Program-made: the position numbers and the translations under genes
From: Spirochaetia bacterium
GTDB lineage: Bacteria > Spirochaetota > Spirochaetia > CADAEX01
Length of the DNA stretch: 64,000 nucleotides
Direction: 5' to 3'
Assembly: GCA_045606105.1 (NCBI GenBank)
Contig: JAZURI010000002.1
Location: 256,001 to 320,000, forward strand
Part shown: in pieces, positions 49,137-59,108 of the stretch
Layout of the letters: each line of letters starts with the position of its first letter
Numbering within the stretch: position 1 is the stretch's first letter
The notes under the pieces: model-generated
Databases searched by the model: none
Seen by the model: only the letters and a program-made list of their open reading frames with translations
What the model was told of the DNA's origin: nothing

Positions 49137-51734
49137 TCAAAGCTTCTTTGCGATTTCTCTGATTTCGTAAATCTCGATAATATCGCCTTCATTGATATCG
49201 TTGAAATTCTCAAGACCGATACCGCATTCATATCCCTTGTCAACTTCCTTGACATCGTCCTTGATACGCTTGAGTGAAGAAATCTTTCCGTTGAAGATTT
49301 CGATATCGTCCCTGTATACATGGGCAATGGCATTGCGCTTGACCTTACCGGAGGTAACATAGGAACCGGCAATGACACCGACCTTAGGTACCTTGAATGT
49401 GGCTCTGACCTCAACTGTACCGATCTGCTCTTCCTTGAGTTCCGGTGCAAGCATACCCTCCATGGCGGTCTTGATATCCTCAACAGCATCGTAGATGATG
49501 TTGTATTTCTTGATTTCTACCTTTTCCTGTTCTGCAAGGAGCTGGGCCTTGGCTGTAGGACGGACATGGAAACCGATGATGATGGCATTTGAAGCCGAAG
49601 CAAGGTTTACGTCGTTTTCTACAATGGCACCTGCCGATGCATGGATGATATGAAGACGGATTTCCTTTGTGGAAAGCTTCTCCAGTGTGGACTTGAGTGC
49701 CTCAACCGATCCCTGAACATCACTCTTGATGATAACCTTGAGCTCCTGGATTTCTCCGTCCTGGATGGAATCGTAGAGGTTGTCCAGTGTAACCTTCTTG
49801 ACATTCTTGGCTGCACCGATTCTTTCAAGCTCCTGACGCTTTTCACCGATATGACGGGCATATTTCTCGTTTTCGGTAACCTGGAACGGATCTCCCGAAT
49901 TAGGAAGTCCCATGAATCCGAGAATCTCTACAGGAGTAGAAGGACCTGCTTCGGTTATCTTTTCTCCCCTGTCGTTGAACATGGCCCTTACCTTTCCTGC
50001 ATATACACCGGCAACAAAGGCATCTCCGACCCTGAGTGTACCTCTCTGGATAAGTACGGTGGAAACCATACCTCTTCCCTGGTCAACCCTGGACTCGATG
50101 ATCTTTCCTTCCGCACGGCAGTTAGGATTTGCCTTGAGTTCAAGGATATCGGCCTCGATAAGGATATTTTCGAGAAGATCGTCAATACCCTGCTTCTTGA
50201 GTGCTGAAATAGGACAATAGATGGTGTCTCCGCCCCAGTCCTCAGGAATAAGGTTGTATTCCGAAAGCTGCTGCTTTACCCTGTCTGCGTTTGATTCGTA
50301 AAGGTCCATCTTGTTTACGGCAACGATGATAGGAACATTGGCTTCCTTTGCATGGTTGATGGCCTCGATGGTCTGAGGCATTACACCGTCATTGGCCGCA
50401 ACGACGAGAACTACGATATCTGTAAGATGGGCACCTCTGGCACGCATCTGTGTGAAGGCCTCGTGACCCGGAGTATCCAGGAATACGATGCTCCTTCCGT
50501 TGATCATTACCTTGTATGCACCGATATGCTGAGTAATTCCGCCGTACTCGGATGCTGCAACGTTTGCAGATCTGATGGCATCCAGCAGCTTTGTCTTACC
50601 GTGGTCTACATGCCCCATTACTGTAACTACAGGTGATCTTTCCACGATATCTGCATCATCGCCCTTGTCTGTCTCAACAAGAGTCTGCTCATAAAGGGAA
50701 ACGATATTTACCTTGCAGTCGTATTCGGAAGCAAGGATTTCTGCAGATTCCGCATCCACCTGCTGGTTGATGGTAACCATCATACCCATGGAAATGAACT
50801 TTGTAATAACCTCGGAAGCCTTCAGGTTGAGCTTCTTTGCAAGCTCGGAAACTGTGATGACCTCCATGATATCAATACTTTTAGGAACCGGATTTGCCTT
50901 CTGGACATCCTTTTTCTTGATCTGAAAGTTCTTTTCTATTTCTTCAATATTCTCTTTTCTGTTTTTCTGGTAATCAGCCTTTTTCTTGGTCTTGAAAAAT
51001 TTCTTGTTACCTGTTCTTGATGCCATTTCCGGCGGCATTTCGGAAGGACCTTCTGTACGTGGTCTGAAACCACCCTGACCCTGACCTTCGCCTCTCGGTC
51101 TGAAGCTGCCCTGACCCTGGCCTTCGCCTCTTGGTCTGAAACCGCCCTGACCCTGGCCTTCGCCTCTCGGTCTGAAGCCGCCCTGACCCTGGTTTTCGCC
51201 CCTTGGTCTGTATCCGCCCGGCTGTCCTACCCAACCGCTCTTGTCGGCTCTTTCGCCCCTTGGTCTGTATCCGCCCGGCTGTCCTGTCCAACCGCTCTTG
51301 TCGGCTCTTTCGCCCCTTGGTCTGTATCCGCCCGGCTGGCCTGTCCATTCTCCGCGAGGACGGTTTTCGCCACGGAAATTATTACCCTGTCTTGGGTTCT
51401 GACTCTGTCCCGATGTCTGGTTGTGAGGAGGTGTATGAGGTTGATTCTGAGGCTGAGGAGCTTCCTTCTTTGCCTGAGGTTCCGGAGCAGGTGCGCTTGC
51501 AGGCTGCTGTACCGGAGCTGCCGGCTGTGGATTGGCTGCAGCTGGAGTTTCCTTCTTTGCCTGAGGTTCCGGAGCAGGTGTCTCTTTCTTTGCGACAACA
51601 ACTTTTTTCTTTACAACCACAACTTTTTTCTTTTTCTGTTCTGTTACTTCTACAGGTTCAGTTTTTTCAACCTCTTTTTTAGGCTGTTTGATCAGAGTTG
51701 CTTTAGGTTTTTCGATTTTATTATCTTCCGACAT
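49137..51734 (-). CDS. infB: Translation initiation factor IF-2
   Basis: [20 protein letters not shown]; repeat-rich N-terminus. Confidence 0.98.
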   Translation of the reverse strand: MSEDNKIEKPKATLIKQPKKEVEKTEPVEVTEQKKKKVVVVKKKVVVAKKETPAPEPQAKKETPAAANPQPAAPVQQPASAPAPEPQAKKEAPQPQNQPHTPPHNQTSGQSQNPRQGNNFRGENRPRGEWTGQPGGYRPRGERADKSGWTGQPGGYRPRGERADKSGWVGQPGGYRPRGENQGQGGFRPRGEGQGQGGFRPRGEGQGQGSFRPRGEGQGQGGFRPRTEGPSEMPPEMASRTGNKKFFKTKKKADYQKNRKENIEEIEKNFQIKKKDVQKANPVPKSIDIMEVITVSELAKKLNLKASEVITKFISMGMMVTINQQVDAESAEILASEYDCKVNIVSLYEQTLVETDKGDDADIVERSPVVTVMGHVDHGKTKLLDAIRSANVAASEYGGITQHIGAYKVMINGRSIVFLDTPGHEAFTQMRARGAHLTDIVVLVVAANDGVMPQTIEAINHAKEANVPIIVAVNKMDLYESNADRVKQQLSEYNLIPEDWGGDTIYCPISALKKQGIDDLLENILIEADILELKANPNCRAEGKIIESRVDQGRGMVSTVLIQRGTLRVGDAFVAGVYAGKVRAMFNDRGEKITEAGPSTPVEILGFMGLPNSGDPFQVTENEKYARHIGEKRQELERIGAAKNVKKVTLDNLYDSIQDGEIQELKVIIKSDVQGSVEALKSTLEKLSTKEIRLHIIHASAGAIVENDVNLASASNAIIIGFHVRPTAKAQLLAEQEKVEIKKYNIIYDAVEDIKTAMEGMLAPELKEEQIGTVEVRATFKVPKVGVIAGSYVTSGKVKRNAIAHVYRDDIEIFNGKISSLKRIKDDVKEVDKGYECGIGLENFNDINEGDIIEIYEIREIAKKL
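51061..51347 (-). repeat. In-frame tandem repeats within infB (4 x 36 nt, then about 2.5 x 57 nt)
   Basis: 36-nt units start at 51061, 51097, 51133 and 51169 ([12 protein letters not shown]); 57-nt units start at 51205, 51262 and 51319 ([19 protein letters not shown]). Confidence 0.92.
51462..51580 (-). repeat. Identical 32-nt direct repeat in infB ([10 protein letters not shown])
   Basis: TTCCTTCTTTGCCTGAGGTTCCGGAGCAGGTG at 51462-51493 and 51549-51580. Confidence 0.85.
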
Positions 51735-51753
51735 ATAATTAATTCAACCTCTT

Positions 51754-53232
51754 TTATTCTTCTTCACCGTTTTCTTCGATTTCTTCTTCCTCATCTTCGA
51801 AGCTGAACTCAACTCCGCAGTTAGGACAACATGTCATATCTTCTGTAATAGGCTTTCCGCATTCAGGACATTCGTACATTGCCTCTGTCTCGTCCGCTTC
51901 ATCCTCTTCTTCGTAATCATCTATGTCATCTTCGACAATTTCAACATTTTCTTCAATGACAGATCTGATAAGCTCAAAATCGGCCTTTGAGAAGCCTTCG
52001 ATTTCAAGCAGTCTGCTTTCGCTCATGGAGATGAATGTCTCGATGTCTGTTATGCCGTTTTCTTCGAGAAGCCTGATGAGTTCCGCAGGAACACCCGGAA
52101 GCTCTGCAATTCTTGTGATTTCCTCTTCCTGCTCCTGTTCCTCTCCGTTGAAGAGCTCTGTAAATGCCTTCTTGTCTTCTGCAAAGAAATCCATTTCCTG
52201 GAACTGTGATTCTGTCTTTACATCAATGTTCCAGTCCACCAGACGGTTGGCCAGTCTTACATTGAGACCCTGTTTTCCGATAGCCAGTGAAAGCTGGGAA
52301 TCGTCCACAACGGCAAGGGCCTGTCTTTTTGCCTCATCCACGATGAAAACCTGCTGAACCTCGGCAGGAGAAAGGGCATTCTTGATATAGAGCTTAGGAT
52401 CGGTTTCATATCTGAGAACATCGATCTTCTCCCCTTCCATTTCCCTTACTACGGACTGGATTCTGGCACCCTTGAGACCTACGCATGCACCTACCGGGTC
52501 AATGTCATCACGGTGTGTGTATACTGCCATCTTCACCCTGTAACCCGGTTCGCGGACAATCTTGAAGATTTCGATGGTCTTGTCGGCAATTTCCGGAACC
52601 TCGATCTCGAAAAGCTTCTTCACGAAATCGGTATGGGTTCTGGAAAGGATGATATTGAGACTGTTTTCTGTTTTTTCCACCTCATGGACAAGAGCCTTGA
52701 TCCTGTCATTGGCCTTGTATGTCTCACGAGGAGACTGGAATCTCTTAGGAAGAATTCCCTCGGTCTTTCCCAGATCCATATAGATGTTTCCGTTATGCTC
52801 TCTCTGGTAATAACCGATGATCATTTCCCCCACTCTTTCGATATATTCGGAATAAAGGGCATTCTTGTTTATATCCTTCACCCTCTGGCTGATTCTCTGT
52901 TTTGCGCTCTGTACCTCAAGTCTGTCGAAGGTGTTGGGATTGATGGTAATGAGAAGTTCATCTCCGATTTCACAGTTGCTGTCATACTCAAGTGCATCCT
53001 CAAGCTCGATTTCTGTTGCATCATCAATGACATCATCAACGATTTTTTTCTTTACCTGGATGAAAACCTCAGATTCATCATCGTTGAAGACCACCTCAGC
53101 TCCCTCTGTTGAGCCGAATTTTTTCTTGTAAGCAGCAAGAATCATTTCCTCAATGGTTTTAAGAACCAGATCGTGGGGCAGATTCTTTACCTCTTCAAAA
53201 TACTTGATTGCTTTTGACAATTCAGATTCCAT
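51754..53232 (-). CDS. nusA: Transcription termination/antitermination factor NusA with acidic, zinc-ribbon C-terminus
   Basis: REPG.R.K.AV, DPVGACVG.KG.RI, SLAIGKQGLNVRLA; C-terminal CPECG..CPNCG. Confidence 0.97.
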   Translation of the reverse strand: MESELSKAIKYFEEVKNLPHDLVLKTIEEMILAAYKKKFGSTEGAEVVFNDDESEVFIQVKKKIVDDVIDDATEIELEDALEYDSNCEIGDELLITINPNTFDRLEVQSAKQRISQRVKDINKNALYSEYIERVGEMIIGYYQREHNGNIYMDLGKTEGILPKRFQSPRETYKANDRIKALVHEVEKTENSLNIILSRTHTDFVKKLFEIEVPEIADKTIEIFKIVREPGYRVKMAVYTHRDDIDPVGACVGLKGARIQSVVREMEGEKIDVLRYETDPKLYIKNALSPAEVQQVFIVDEAKRQALAVVDDSQLSLAIGKQGLNVRLANRLVDWNIDVKTESQFQEMDFFAEDKKAFTELFNGEEQEQEEEITRIAELPGVPAELIRLLEENGITDIETFISMSESRLLEIEGFSKADFELIRSVIEENVEIVEDDIDDYEEEDEADETEAMYECPECGKPITEDMTCCPNCGVEFSFEDEEEEIEENGEEE

Positions 53233-53237
53233 TTTCT

Positions 53238-53705
53238 CTATGCCTCCTCCCAAGAAAAATCCAGCTTCGCCTTTCTGATAAGACTGTACGGTATCTTTTT
53301 CCCGGCTTCTTTGTTTATTTCAATTTCAATTCCCTCGGAACCGGCGTTCACAAGGGTTCCTGCAATCCATTCGCTCTCCTCTGCAGGGAGGATCTTTACG
53401 CGGCGTCCGGTGAAAACGGCAAATTCATCGGCACTCTTGATATTCCTGTTTATTCCCGGTGATGAAACCTCGAAATAGACATCCCTGATATTACCGGCCA
53501 CCTCCATTCTTGCCTGTGCAAGCCTGTGTACCCGTTCGCAGTCACTTACAGCAACCCCTGCAGGGCTGTAGATAACCAGCGCGATATGAAGCCCGTCCTG
53601 TCTGTTTACAGCATTGAGCTCCACGATTGAAAATCCAAGTCCCTCCACTACCGGAGAAAGAATTTCATAGTATTTTCCGCTTTTGTCTGCAAAATCCATT
53701 TTCAC
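53238..53705 (-). CDS. rimP: Ribosome maturation factor RimP
   Basis: DCE, EVSSPGI.R; first gene of the nusA-infB operon. Confidence 0.93.
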   Translation of the reverse strand: MKMDFADKSGKYYEILSPVVEGLGFSIVELNAVNRQDGLHIALVIYSPAGVAVSDCERVHRLAQARMEVAGNIRDVYFEVSSPGINRNIKSADEFAVFTGRRVKILPAEESEWIAGTLVNAGSEGIEIEINKEAGKKIPYSLIRKAKLDFSWEEA

Positions 53706-53710
53706 CCACT

Positions 53711-53740
53711 AAAAAAGGAGTCCGTTTCCGTGACTCCTTT
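53711..53740 (-). terminator. Intrinsic terminator immediately upstream of rimP (leader attenuator or comF terminator)
   Basis: Minus strand AAAGGAGTC-acggaaacg-GACTCCTTT followed by TTT, ending 5 nt before the rimP start. Confidence 0.75.
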
Positions 53741-53790
53741 AATACCAATATAATATTAAATGTTACTTTAATATAGATGACAACAGAATT

Positions 53791-54498
53791 TTAATCAAGT
53801 GCCAAAGTTATAACATCCGCTTTTTTTGCCCCCTTTTCCTCCAGGACCCTGCAGCATACGGAAGCTGTGGTTCCCGTTGTAAAGATATCATCCACAAAGA
53901 AGACCTGTTTCCCCTCCGCGGCGTCCCTGAACCGGCGTATCTCCTTTTCCTTCATATATATCTTTCCCTCCAGTTCCTTCTTTCTCTCATCCCGGTTCAG
54001 GAGCTTCAGCTGCCTTCCCCGGTAACGCCGCAGCCCTGCGAATACCGATGCTCCGTATTTACGCTTCAGGATACGGCAGACAAGAAGCATATGGTTGTAT
54101 CCCTTTTCCTTCATCCTTTTTCTGCTGCATGGGGCAGGAACCAGCAGTACCGGCATTCCGTCCGCATGCTTTTCAAGAAACCGGTGTATCATAAGGGCAA
54201 AAAGCCGGGCAAGCTTTCGCCTGTCTTTGAATTTGTACAAGCCGATAACCTTTTTCAGGCTGCCGCAGTATTCTCCCAGGCTGTAATTGGCACCGAAGGC
54301 AAAATCCTCATTCCGGCAACGCATGCATATTTCAGACTCCGAAACCAGCTGACGGCTGCATTTACGGCATCCCGGAGCAGCTTTCGGGGCAAAGACAATT
54401 CCTGAAAAGCATCGTCTGCAAAGGGCATAATGCCGGGAAAAGAGATCTGTACGGCCGCAGAGGAGACATCCCTCGTCAAAGATAACTGATAAAATCAT
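53791..54498 (-). CDS. comF: ComF family protein (zinc ribbon plus PRTase domain)
   Basis: CxxC repeats, K.KF, GYN and VDDIFTTGTT. Confidence 0.9.
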   Translation of the reverse strand: MILSVIFDEGCLLCGRTDLFSRHYALCRRCFSGIVFAPKAAPGCRKCSRQLVSESEICMRCRNEDFAFGANYSLGEYCGSLKKVIGLYKFKDRRKLARLFALMIHRFLEKHADGMPVLLVPAPCSRKRMKEKGYNHMLLVCRILKRKYGASVFAGLRRYRGRQLKLLNRDERKKELEGKIYMKEKEIRRFRDAAEGKQVFFVDDIFTTGTTASVCCRVLEEKGAKKADVITLALD

Positions 54499-54537
54499 AT
54501 CAATGACAAGGGTAAAAATGATATTTCTGATTCAGTA

Positions 54538-56364
54538 TTATTCTACCGTAACGCTTTTTGCAAGATTCTGAGGCTGATCCACGTCACGGCCCAGCTCAAG
54601 GGCTGAATAGTATGCAAGGAACTGAAGCGGAATACTCATGAGGAACGGATAAATATATTCGGCAGCCTTAGGCACCTCGATAATGTCATCGGCAATTCCC
54701 TGTACTGAGGTATCTCCCTTTGTGGCTACGGCAATAATCTTACCGCCTCTGGATTTAACCTCCTTCATGCTGGAGATAATCTTGTCATGAAGCCTGTCAT
54801 CAGGAACCAGGAAAAGGGACGGTGTCTTCTCGTTGATCAATGCAATGGGACCGTGCTTTATTTCCGCCGCACTGAAGCCCTCCGCATGGATATATGAGAT
54901 CTCCTTGAGCTTGAGAGCCCCTTCCATTGCCACAGGATAATTGAGTCCGCGGCCCAGGAAAAGGAAGCTTTCGGTATGGCAGTATTTTGCCGCTATTTCC
55001 CCGATTTTTTCCGCACCGAGGAAAATCTCTTCTATTTTGGAAGGAAGCAGTTCCATCTCCTCGATAAATTCGGCCCCCTTTTCATAGGACATGTCACGGA
55101 GTCTTGCCATGATAAGGGTAAAAATATAGAAGGCTGTCATCTGTGATGTAAAAGCCTTGGTGGATGCAACCGCAATTTCGGGACCGGAATGGATATATAC
55201 TCCTCCGTCCGATTCCCTGGCAATGGTTGAACCTACCACATTGCAGATTCCCAGAACCTTGGCACCCCGTCTCTGGAGCTCCCTCATGGCATAAAGGGTA
55301 TCTGCTGTCTCACCGGACTGGGAAACGGCAAAATAAAGAGTATTCTTTTCGATAACAGAGTTTCTGTATCTGATTTCGGAAGCAATTTCGGCACGGGCCG
55401 GAATTCTGGCCATTGTTTCAAGAAGAAGCGCCGCCACCATACCGGCATGGTATGAGGTTCCTGCAGCAATTATTACCACACGCTCTATTTTAAGAAGCTC
55501 CTCTGAGGTCAGGTTGAGACCGCCCAGGTGACCTGTGGCATTTTCCCTGTCCAGACGACCGCTCATTCCCCTTACTATGGACTTGCTCTGTTCAAAGATT
55601 TCCTTGAGCATGAAATGGTCGTAACCGCTTTTCTCGAAGGATTCTGCTTTCCATTCTATTATGTCGATATCCTTTTCTATCTCGTTTTCATCAAGATCCA
55701 TGGTACGGAAGCTGTCAGGTGTGATTGTAACCACCTCTCCGTCCTGGAGATAAATTACCTGCTTTGTATGTGAAATAATGGCAGAGGCATCGGAAGCCAG
55801 GAACATTTCATCATCGCCCACACCCATGATAAGAGGAGAACCGTTTCTGGCACCAACCATCATGTCGGGATGATTCCTGTGCATTACCACGATACCGTAG
55901 GTTCCCTTGAGAAGACTCAGGGTTTCAAGAACTGCCTTTGTAAGGTCTCCCTTATAGCAGGTCTCCACCAGATGTGCGATTACCTCAGTATCGGTTTCGG
56001 AGCGGAACACATGCCCTTTTTTCTGAAGCAGGGACCTGAGCTCCTCGAAATTTTCGATAATACCGTTATGGACAATGGCGATATTGCCGCTGCAGTCTGT
56101 ATGAGGATGGGCATTGGCCTCTGTAACACCGCCGTGGGTTGCCCACCTTGTATGGCCTATACCGTTGTGACCGAAAGGGCGTTCCGGTACCACGGAGAGA
56201 AGATTCCTGATTTTTCCTGTTGCCTTGATGATTCTGAATCCGTCGGGATAACCGCCCACACAGATTCCCGAGGAGTCATATCCTCTGTATTCAAGTCTTT
56301 TAAGTCCTTCGAGAATAACCTCAGAAGCAGGTTTTCTTCCACAGTATCCGATAATTCCGCACAT
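54538..56364 (-). CDS. glmS: Glutamine--fructose-6-phosphate transaminase
   Basis: MCGIIG, LEYRGYDS, GHTRWATHG, SQSGET, NLAKSVTVE. Confidence 0.98.
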   Translation of the reverse strand: MCGIIGYCGRKPASEVILEGLKRLEYRGYDSSGICVGGYPDGFRIIKATGKIRNLLSVVPERPFGHNGIGHTRWATHGGVTEANAHPHTDCSGNIAIVHNGIIENFEELRSLLQKKGHVFRSETDTEVIAHLVETCYKGDLTKAVLETLSLLKGTYGIVVMHRNHPDMMVGARNGSPLIMGVGDDEMFLASDASAIISHTKQVIYLQDGEVVTITPDSFRTMDLDENEIEKDIDIIEWKAESFEKSGYDHFMLKEIFEQSKSIVRGMSGRLDRENATGHLGGLNLTSEELLKIERVVIIAAGTSYHAGMVAALLLETMARIPARAEIASEIRYRNSVIEKNTLYFAVSQSGETADTLYAMRELQRRGAKVLGICNVVGSTIARESDGGVYIHSGPEIAVASTKAFTSQMTAFYIFTLIMARLRDMSYEKGAEFIEEMELLPSKIEEIFLGAEKIGEIAAKYCHTESFLFLGRGLNYPVAMEGALKLKEISYIHAEGFSAAEIKHGPIALINEKTPSLFLVPDDRLHDKIISSMKEVKSRGGKIIAVATKGDTSVQGIADDIIEVPKAAEYIYPFLMSIPLQFLAYYSALELGRDVDQPQNLAKSVTVE

Positions 56365-56459
56365 AAGCTGTTCCTTTTTATCCTTTTCTATATTATTTAT
56401 CGGCAGTTTATTCTGAAGCAAAACAACTATTTTCCGATTTATTCCCTGCAGAGGAAACT

Positions 56460-57479
56460 ATGATGAAAAAATCGAAGCTTCATGCAGTTCTTGTTCTGCT
56501 GCTCCTTTCCTGCTCCCCGATACAGGCAGAAAGGAAAGAGGGAGCCGGGACAAACTATCCGCCGGTTATACAGACCCTTGAAAATTCATCCCCGACTGAA
56601 ATAATTCTTTTATTTGACAAGGAAGTCAATGCGGAAAAGGAAAATTTTTCCATTATTCCCGAAACAGGAATCAGCACTCTTGTTACGGAGGGAAAATCCC
56701 TGACCATAATACCGTCAGAAAATCTGAAACCGGGCAAGGAATACTTCCTGAGAGGTACGGTTTCCGACAGCACCGACAACTCCATCTCCCTGGGAGCCTC
56801 CTTCTACGGCTACAATCCGTATCTTCCCGAAGCGGTAATAAACGAATTCACCTCCAACGGCAGCGGAAACCATCCGGATATGGCAGAAATATTCGTTAAA
56901 AAAGGGGGCAGCATGGCCGGCATCACACTTTATGGAGGGACAAAGAGCAGCTTTGCGGACAAGCTGGTATTTCCGGACCTGGAGGTACAGGCCGGAGATT
57001 ACATAATAGTACATTTCAAGCCGGAGGGGCTGGATACGGAAATAAATGAAACCATAGCCATGGATGCAGCCTCGGGACGGGATTCCTCAGATACGGCCTG
57101 GGATTTCTGGATAACCAACGGAAGCGGTCTTTCCGGCAACAACGGTATAATCTCCCTGTATACCAATCCTTACGGAAAAATGATGGATTGTGTTATCTAT
57201 ACCAACAGAAGCTCCGATTCAGATACCTCCTACAGAGGCTTCGGAAGTACAAAATTCATGCTTCAGGCTGATGAAGCAGTTTCTGAAGGGGGCTGGAAAA
57301 AGCAGGGGGAAGCCATTGCTCCCGAAGACTGCGTAAGATCGGATCTCTCCACCGCCACCAGATCGGTCTGCAGGAACAGCCTGTCGGAGGATACCGATTC
57401 GGCATCGGACTGGCATACGGTTCCCACATCGAAATTTTCCTTCGGGGAAAAAAATAACGACGATGTGTATGTTAAATAA
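56460..57479 (+). CDS. Lipoprotein with Ig-like and lamin-tail-like domains
   Basis: Lipobox LLSC; Ig-like segment (F.KEV..L.PGKEY.L...VSD...N); VINEF...D..EI and GDYIIV lamin-tail-like motifs. Confidence 0.72.
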   Translation: MMKKSKLHAVLVLLLLSCSPIQAERKEGAGTNYPPVIQTLENSSPTEIILLFDKEVNAEKENFSIIPETGISTLVTEGKSLTIIPSENLKPGKEYFLRGTVSDSTDNSISLGASFYGYNPYLPEAVINEFTSNGSGNHPDMAEIFVKKGGSMAGITLYGGTKSSFADKLVFPDLEVQAGDYIIVHFKPEGLDTEINETIAMDAASGRDSSDTAWDFWITNGSGLSGNNGIISLYTNPYGKMMDCVIYTNRSSDSDTSYRGFGSTKFMLQADEAVSEGGWKKQGEAIAPEDCVRSDLSTATRSVCRNSLSEDTDSASDWHTVPTSKFSFGEKNNDDVYVK

Positions 57480-57489
57480 AAAAACCCCT

Positions 57490-57518
57490 TTGCATTTAAT
57501 AATAATATGGTATAATAT
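57490..57518 (+). promoter_or_regulatory. Promoter for the NhaC-family transporter gene
   Basis: TTGCAT and an extended -10 TGGTATAAT; AGGAG SD follows. Confidence 0.55.
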
Positions 57519-57547
57519 GACTTGTTAAATCAATAGGAGATATTCAG

Positions 57548-59047
57548 ATGGAAACAAATTTCGGATTTCTGTCCATTCTTCCTCCGATTATTGCCATTTC
57601 ACTGGCATTGATAACCAAGGAAGTTTACTCTTCCCTTTTTATCGGTATCGTAATCGGCGGACTGCTTTTCGCAGGGGGATCATTCCCTGTATTCTTTAAC
57701 CATGTCATTCAGGATGGTTTAATTTCACAGCTTTCTGACAGCTGGAATGTAGGTATTCTCATTTTCCTCGTAATTCTCGGTATAATGGGATGTCTCATGA
57801 ACAAGGCCGGTGGTTCCGCAGCATTCGGACTCTGGGCAAGCAAACACATCAAATCAAAGGTCGGAGCTCAGCTTTCTACTATTTTCCTGGGTATCCTTAT
57901 TTTTATTGATGACTATTTCAACTGTCTTACAGTCGGCAGTGTAATGAAGCCGGTAACAAAAAAATTCGGCGTTTCCAGAGAAAAGCTGGCTTATCTCATT
58001 GACTCCACAGCAGCACCTATCTGTATCATTGCTCCGATCAGTTCCTGGGCAGCGGCAGTTGCAGGTTTCGTTACACAGGGCGAAAACGGAATTTCCCTTT
58101 TCTGCAAGGCTATTCCTTTCAACTTCTATGCGCTCTTTACAATCATAATGATGATTCTTGTCGTAAAGATGGACTTTGACTACGGCCCGATGAAAAAGTT
58201 TGAGAATGCAGTCAGACTGGCTACAGCAGACAAGGATGAGGAAGAACTCAGCAAAATGGGCAACGGAAGATCCATTGACCTGGTACTCCCGATTATCCTT
58301 CTCATCATCATGTGTACACTGGGTATGATCTATACAGGCGGTTTCTTCGCAACAGGAGAAGAAAAGGCAAACTTTGTTGAAGCATTCGGAAACAGTGATG
58401 CTTCAGTAGGTCTGGTTATCGGTTCCATGGGAGCCCTTATCCTTACATTGGCATTCTATCTTCCTAGACGTGTACTTACACTTAAGGAATGTATGCAGTG
58501 TGTTCCTGAAGGATTCAAGAACATGGTTGCACCTATTCTTATCCTTTCACTGGCATGGACACTGAAGTCAATGACAGACAGCCTCGGAGCCACAACATAT
58601 ATTGCAGGTATCGTTGAAAACAGCGCCGGCAACCTCATGAATTTCCTCCCTGCCATTATCTTCATAATCGCAGGCTTCCTCGCCTTCTCAACAGGTACAT
58701 CATGGGGAACTTTCGGTATCCTTATTCCGATCTGTATTGCAGTATTCCCGGATTCAAGCAATGCACTCCGCATCATTTCAATCTCAGCTTGTATGGCAGG
58801 TGCAGTATGCGGTGACCACTGTTCACCTATCTCAGATACAACCATCATGTCATCTGCAGGTGCTGAATGTGACCATGTAAACCATGTTGCATCACAGCTT
58901 CCTTATGCACTGACAGTTGCTGCAATTTCCTTCGTGACATATATCGTTGCAGGATTCACACAGAACGCAGTTGTATCCCTGGTATTCGGAGGAGTTCTTC
59001 TTTTCGGATGCATGCTGATGCTTAAAAAGAAATTCAATAAAAACTAA
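57548..59047 (+). CDS. NhaC-family Na+/H+ antiporter or amino-acid transporter
   Basis: IFIDDYFN, SREKLAY..DSTAAP, GTSWGTFGI, GDHCSPISDTTI.SS. Confidence 0.9.
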   Translation: METNFGFLSILPPIIAISLALITKEVYSSLFIGIVIGGLLFAGGSFPVFFNHVIQDGLISQLSDSWNVGILIFLVILGIMGCLMNKAGGSAAFGLWASKHIKSKVGAQLSTIFLGILIFIDDYFNCLTVGSVMKPVTKKFGVSREKLAYLIDSTAAPICIIAPISSWAAAVAGFVTQGENGISLFCKAIPFNFYALFTIIMMILVVKMDFDYGPMKKFENAVRLATADKDEEELSKMGNGRSIDLVLPIILLIIMCTLGMIYTGGFFATGEEKANFVEAFGNSDASVGLVIGSMGALILTLAFYLPRRVLTLKECMQCVPEGFKNMVAPILILSLAWTLKSMTDSLGATTYIAGIVENSAGNLMNFLPAIIFIIAGFLAFSTGTSWGTFGILIPICIAVFPDSSNALRIISISACMAGAVCGDHCSPISDTTIMSSAGAECDHVNHVASQLPYALTVAAISFVTYIVAGFTQNAVVSLVFGGVLLFGCMLMLKKKFNKN

Positions 59048-59067
59048 ACATTTCTCATAAAAAAATT

Positions 59068-59100
59068 AAGGCAACCTTTCCGGGTTGCCTTTTTTATTTT
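59068..59100 (+). terminator. Intrinsic terminator (possibly bidirectional)
   Basis: AAGGCAACCT-ttcc-GGGTTGCCTT followed by a T run; A-run on the 5' side. Confidence 0.85.
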
Positions 59101-59108
59101 CGTTTGTT

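Noticed and set aside
51061-51347. Possible CRISPR-like array (36-nt periodicity)
   Set aside because: Units are contiguous with no unique spacers, are in frame within infB, and no cas genes are present.
56365-56459. glmS ribozyme upstream of glmS
   Set aside because: The intergenic region is only ~95 nt, A-rich, shared with a divergent gene, and lacks the multi-stem core.
57480-57547. Lysine or other riboswitch upstream of the NhaC-family transporter
   Set aside because: The predicted 5' UTR is only about 25 nt, too short for an aptamer.
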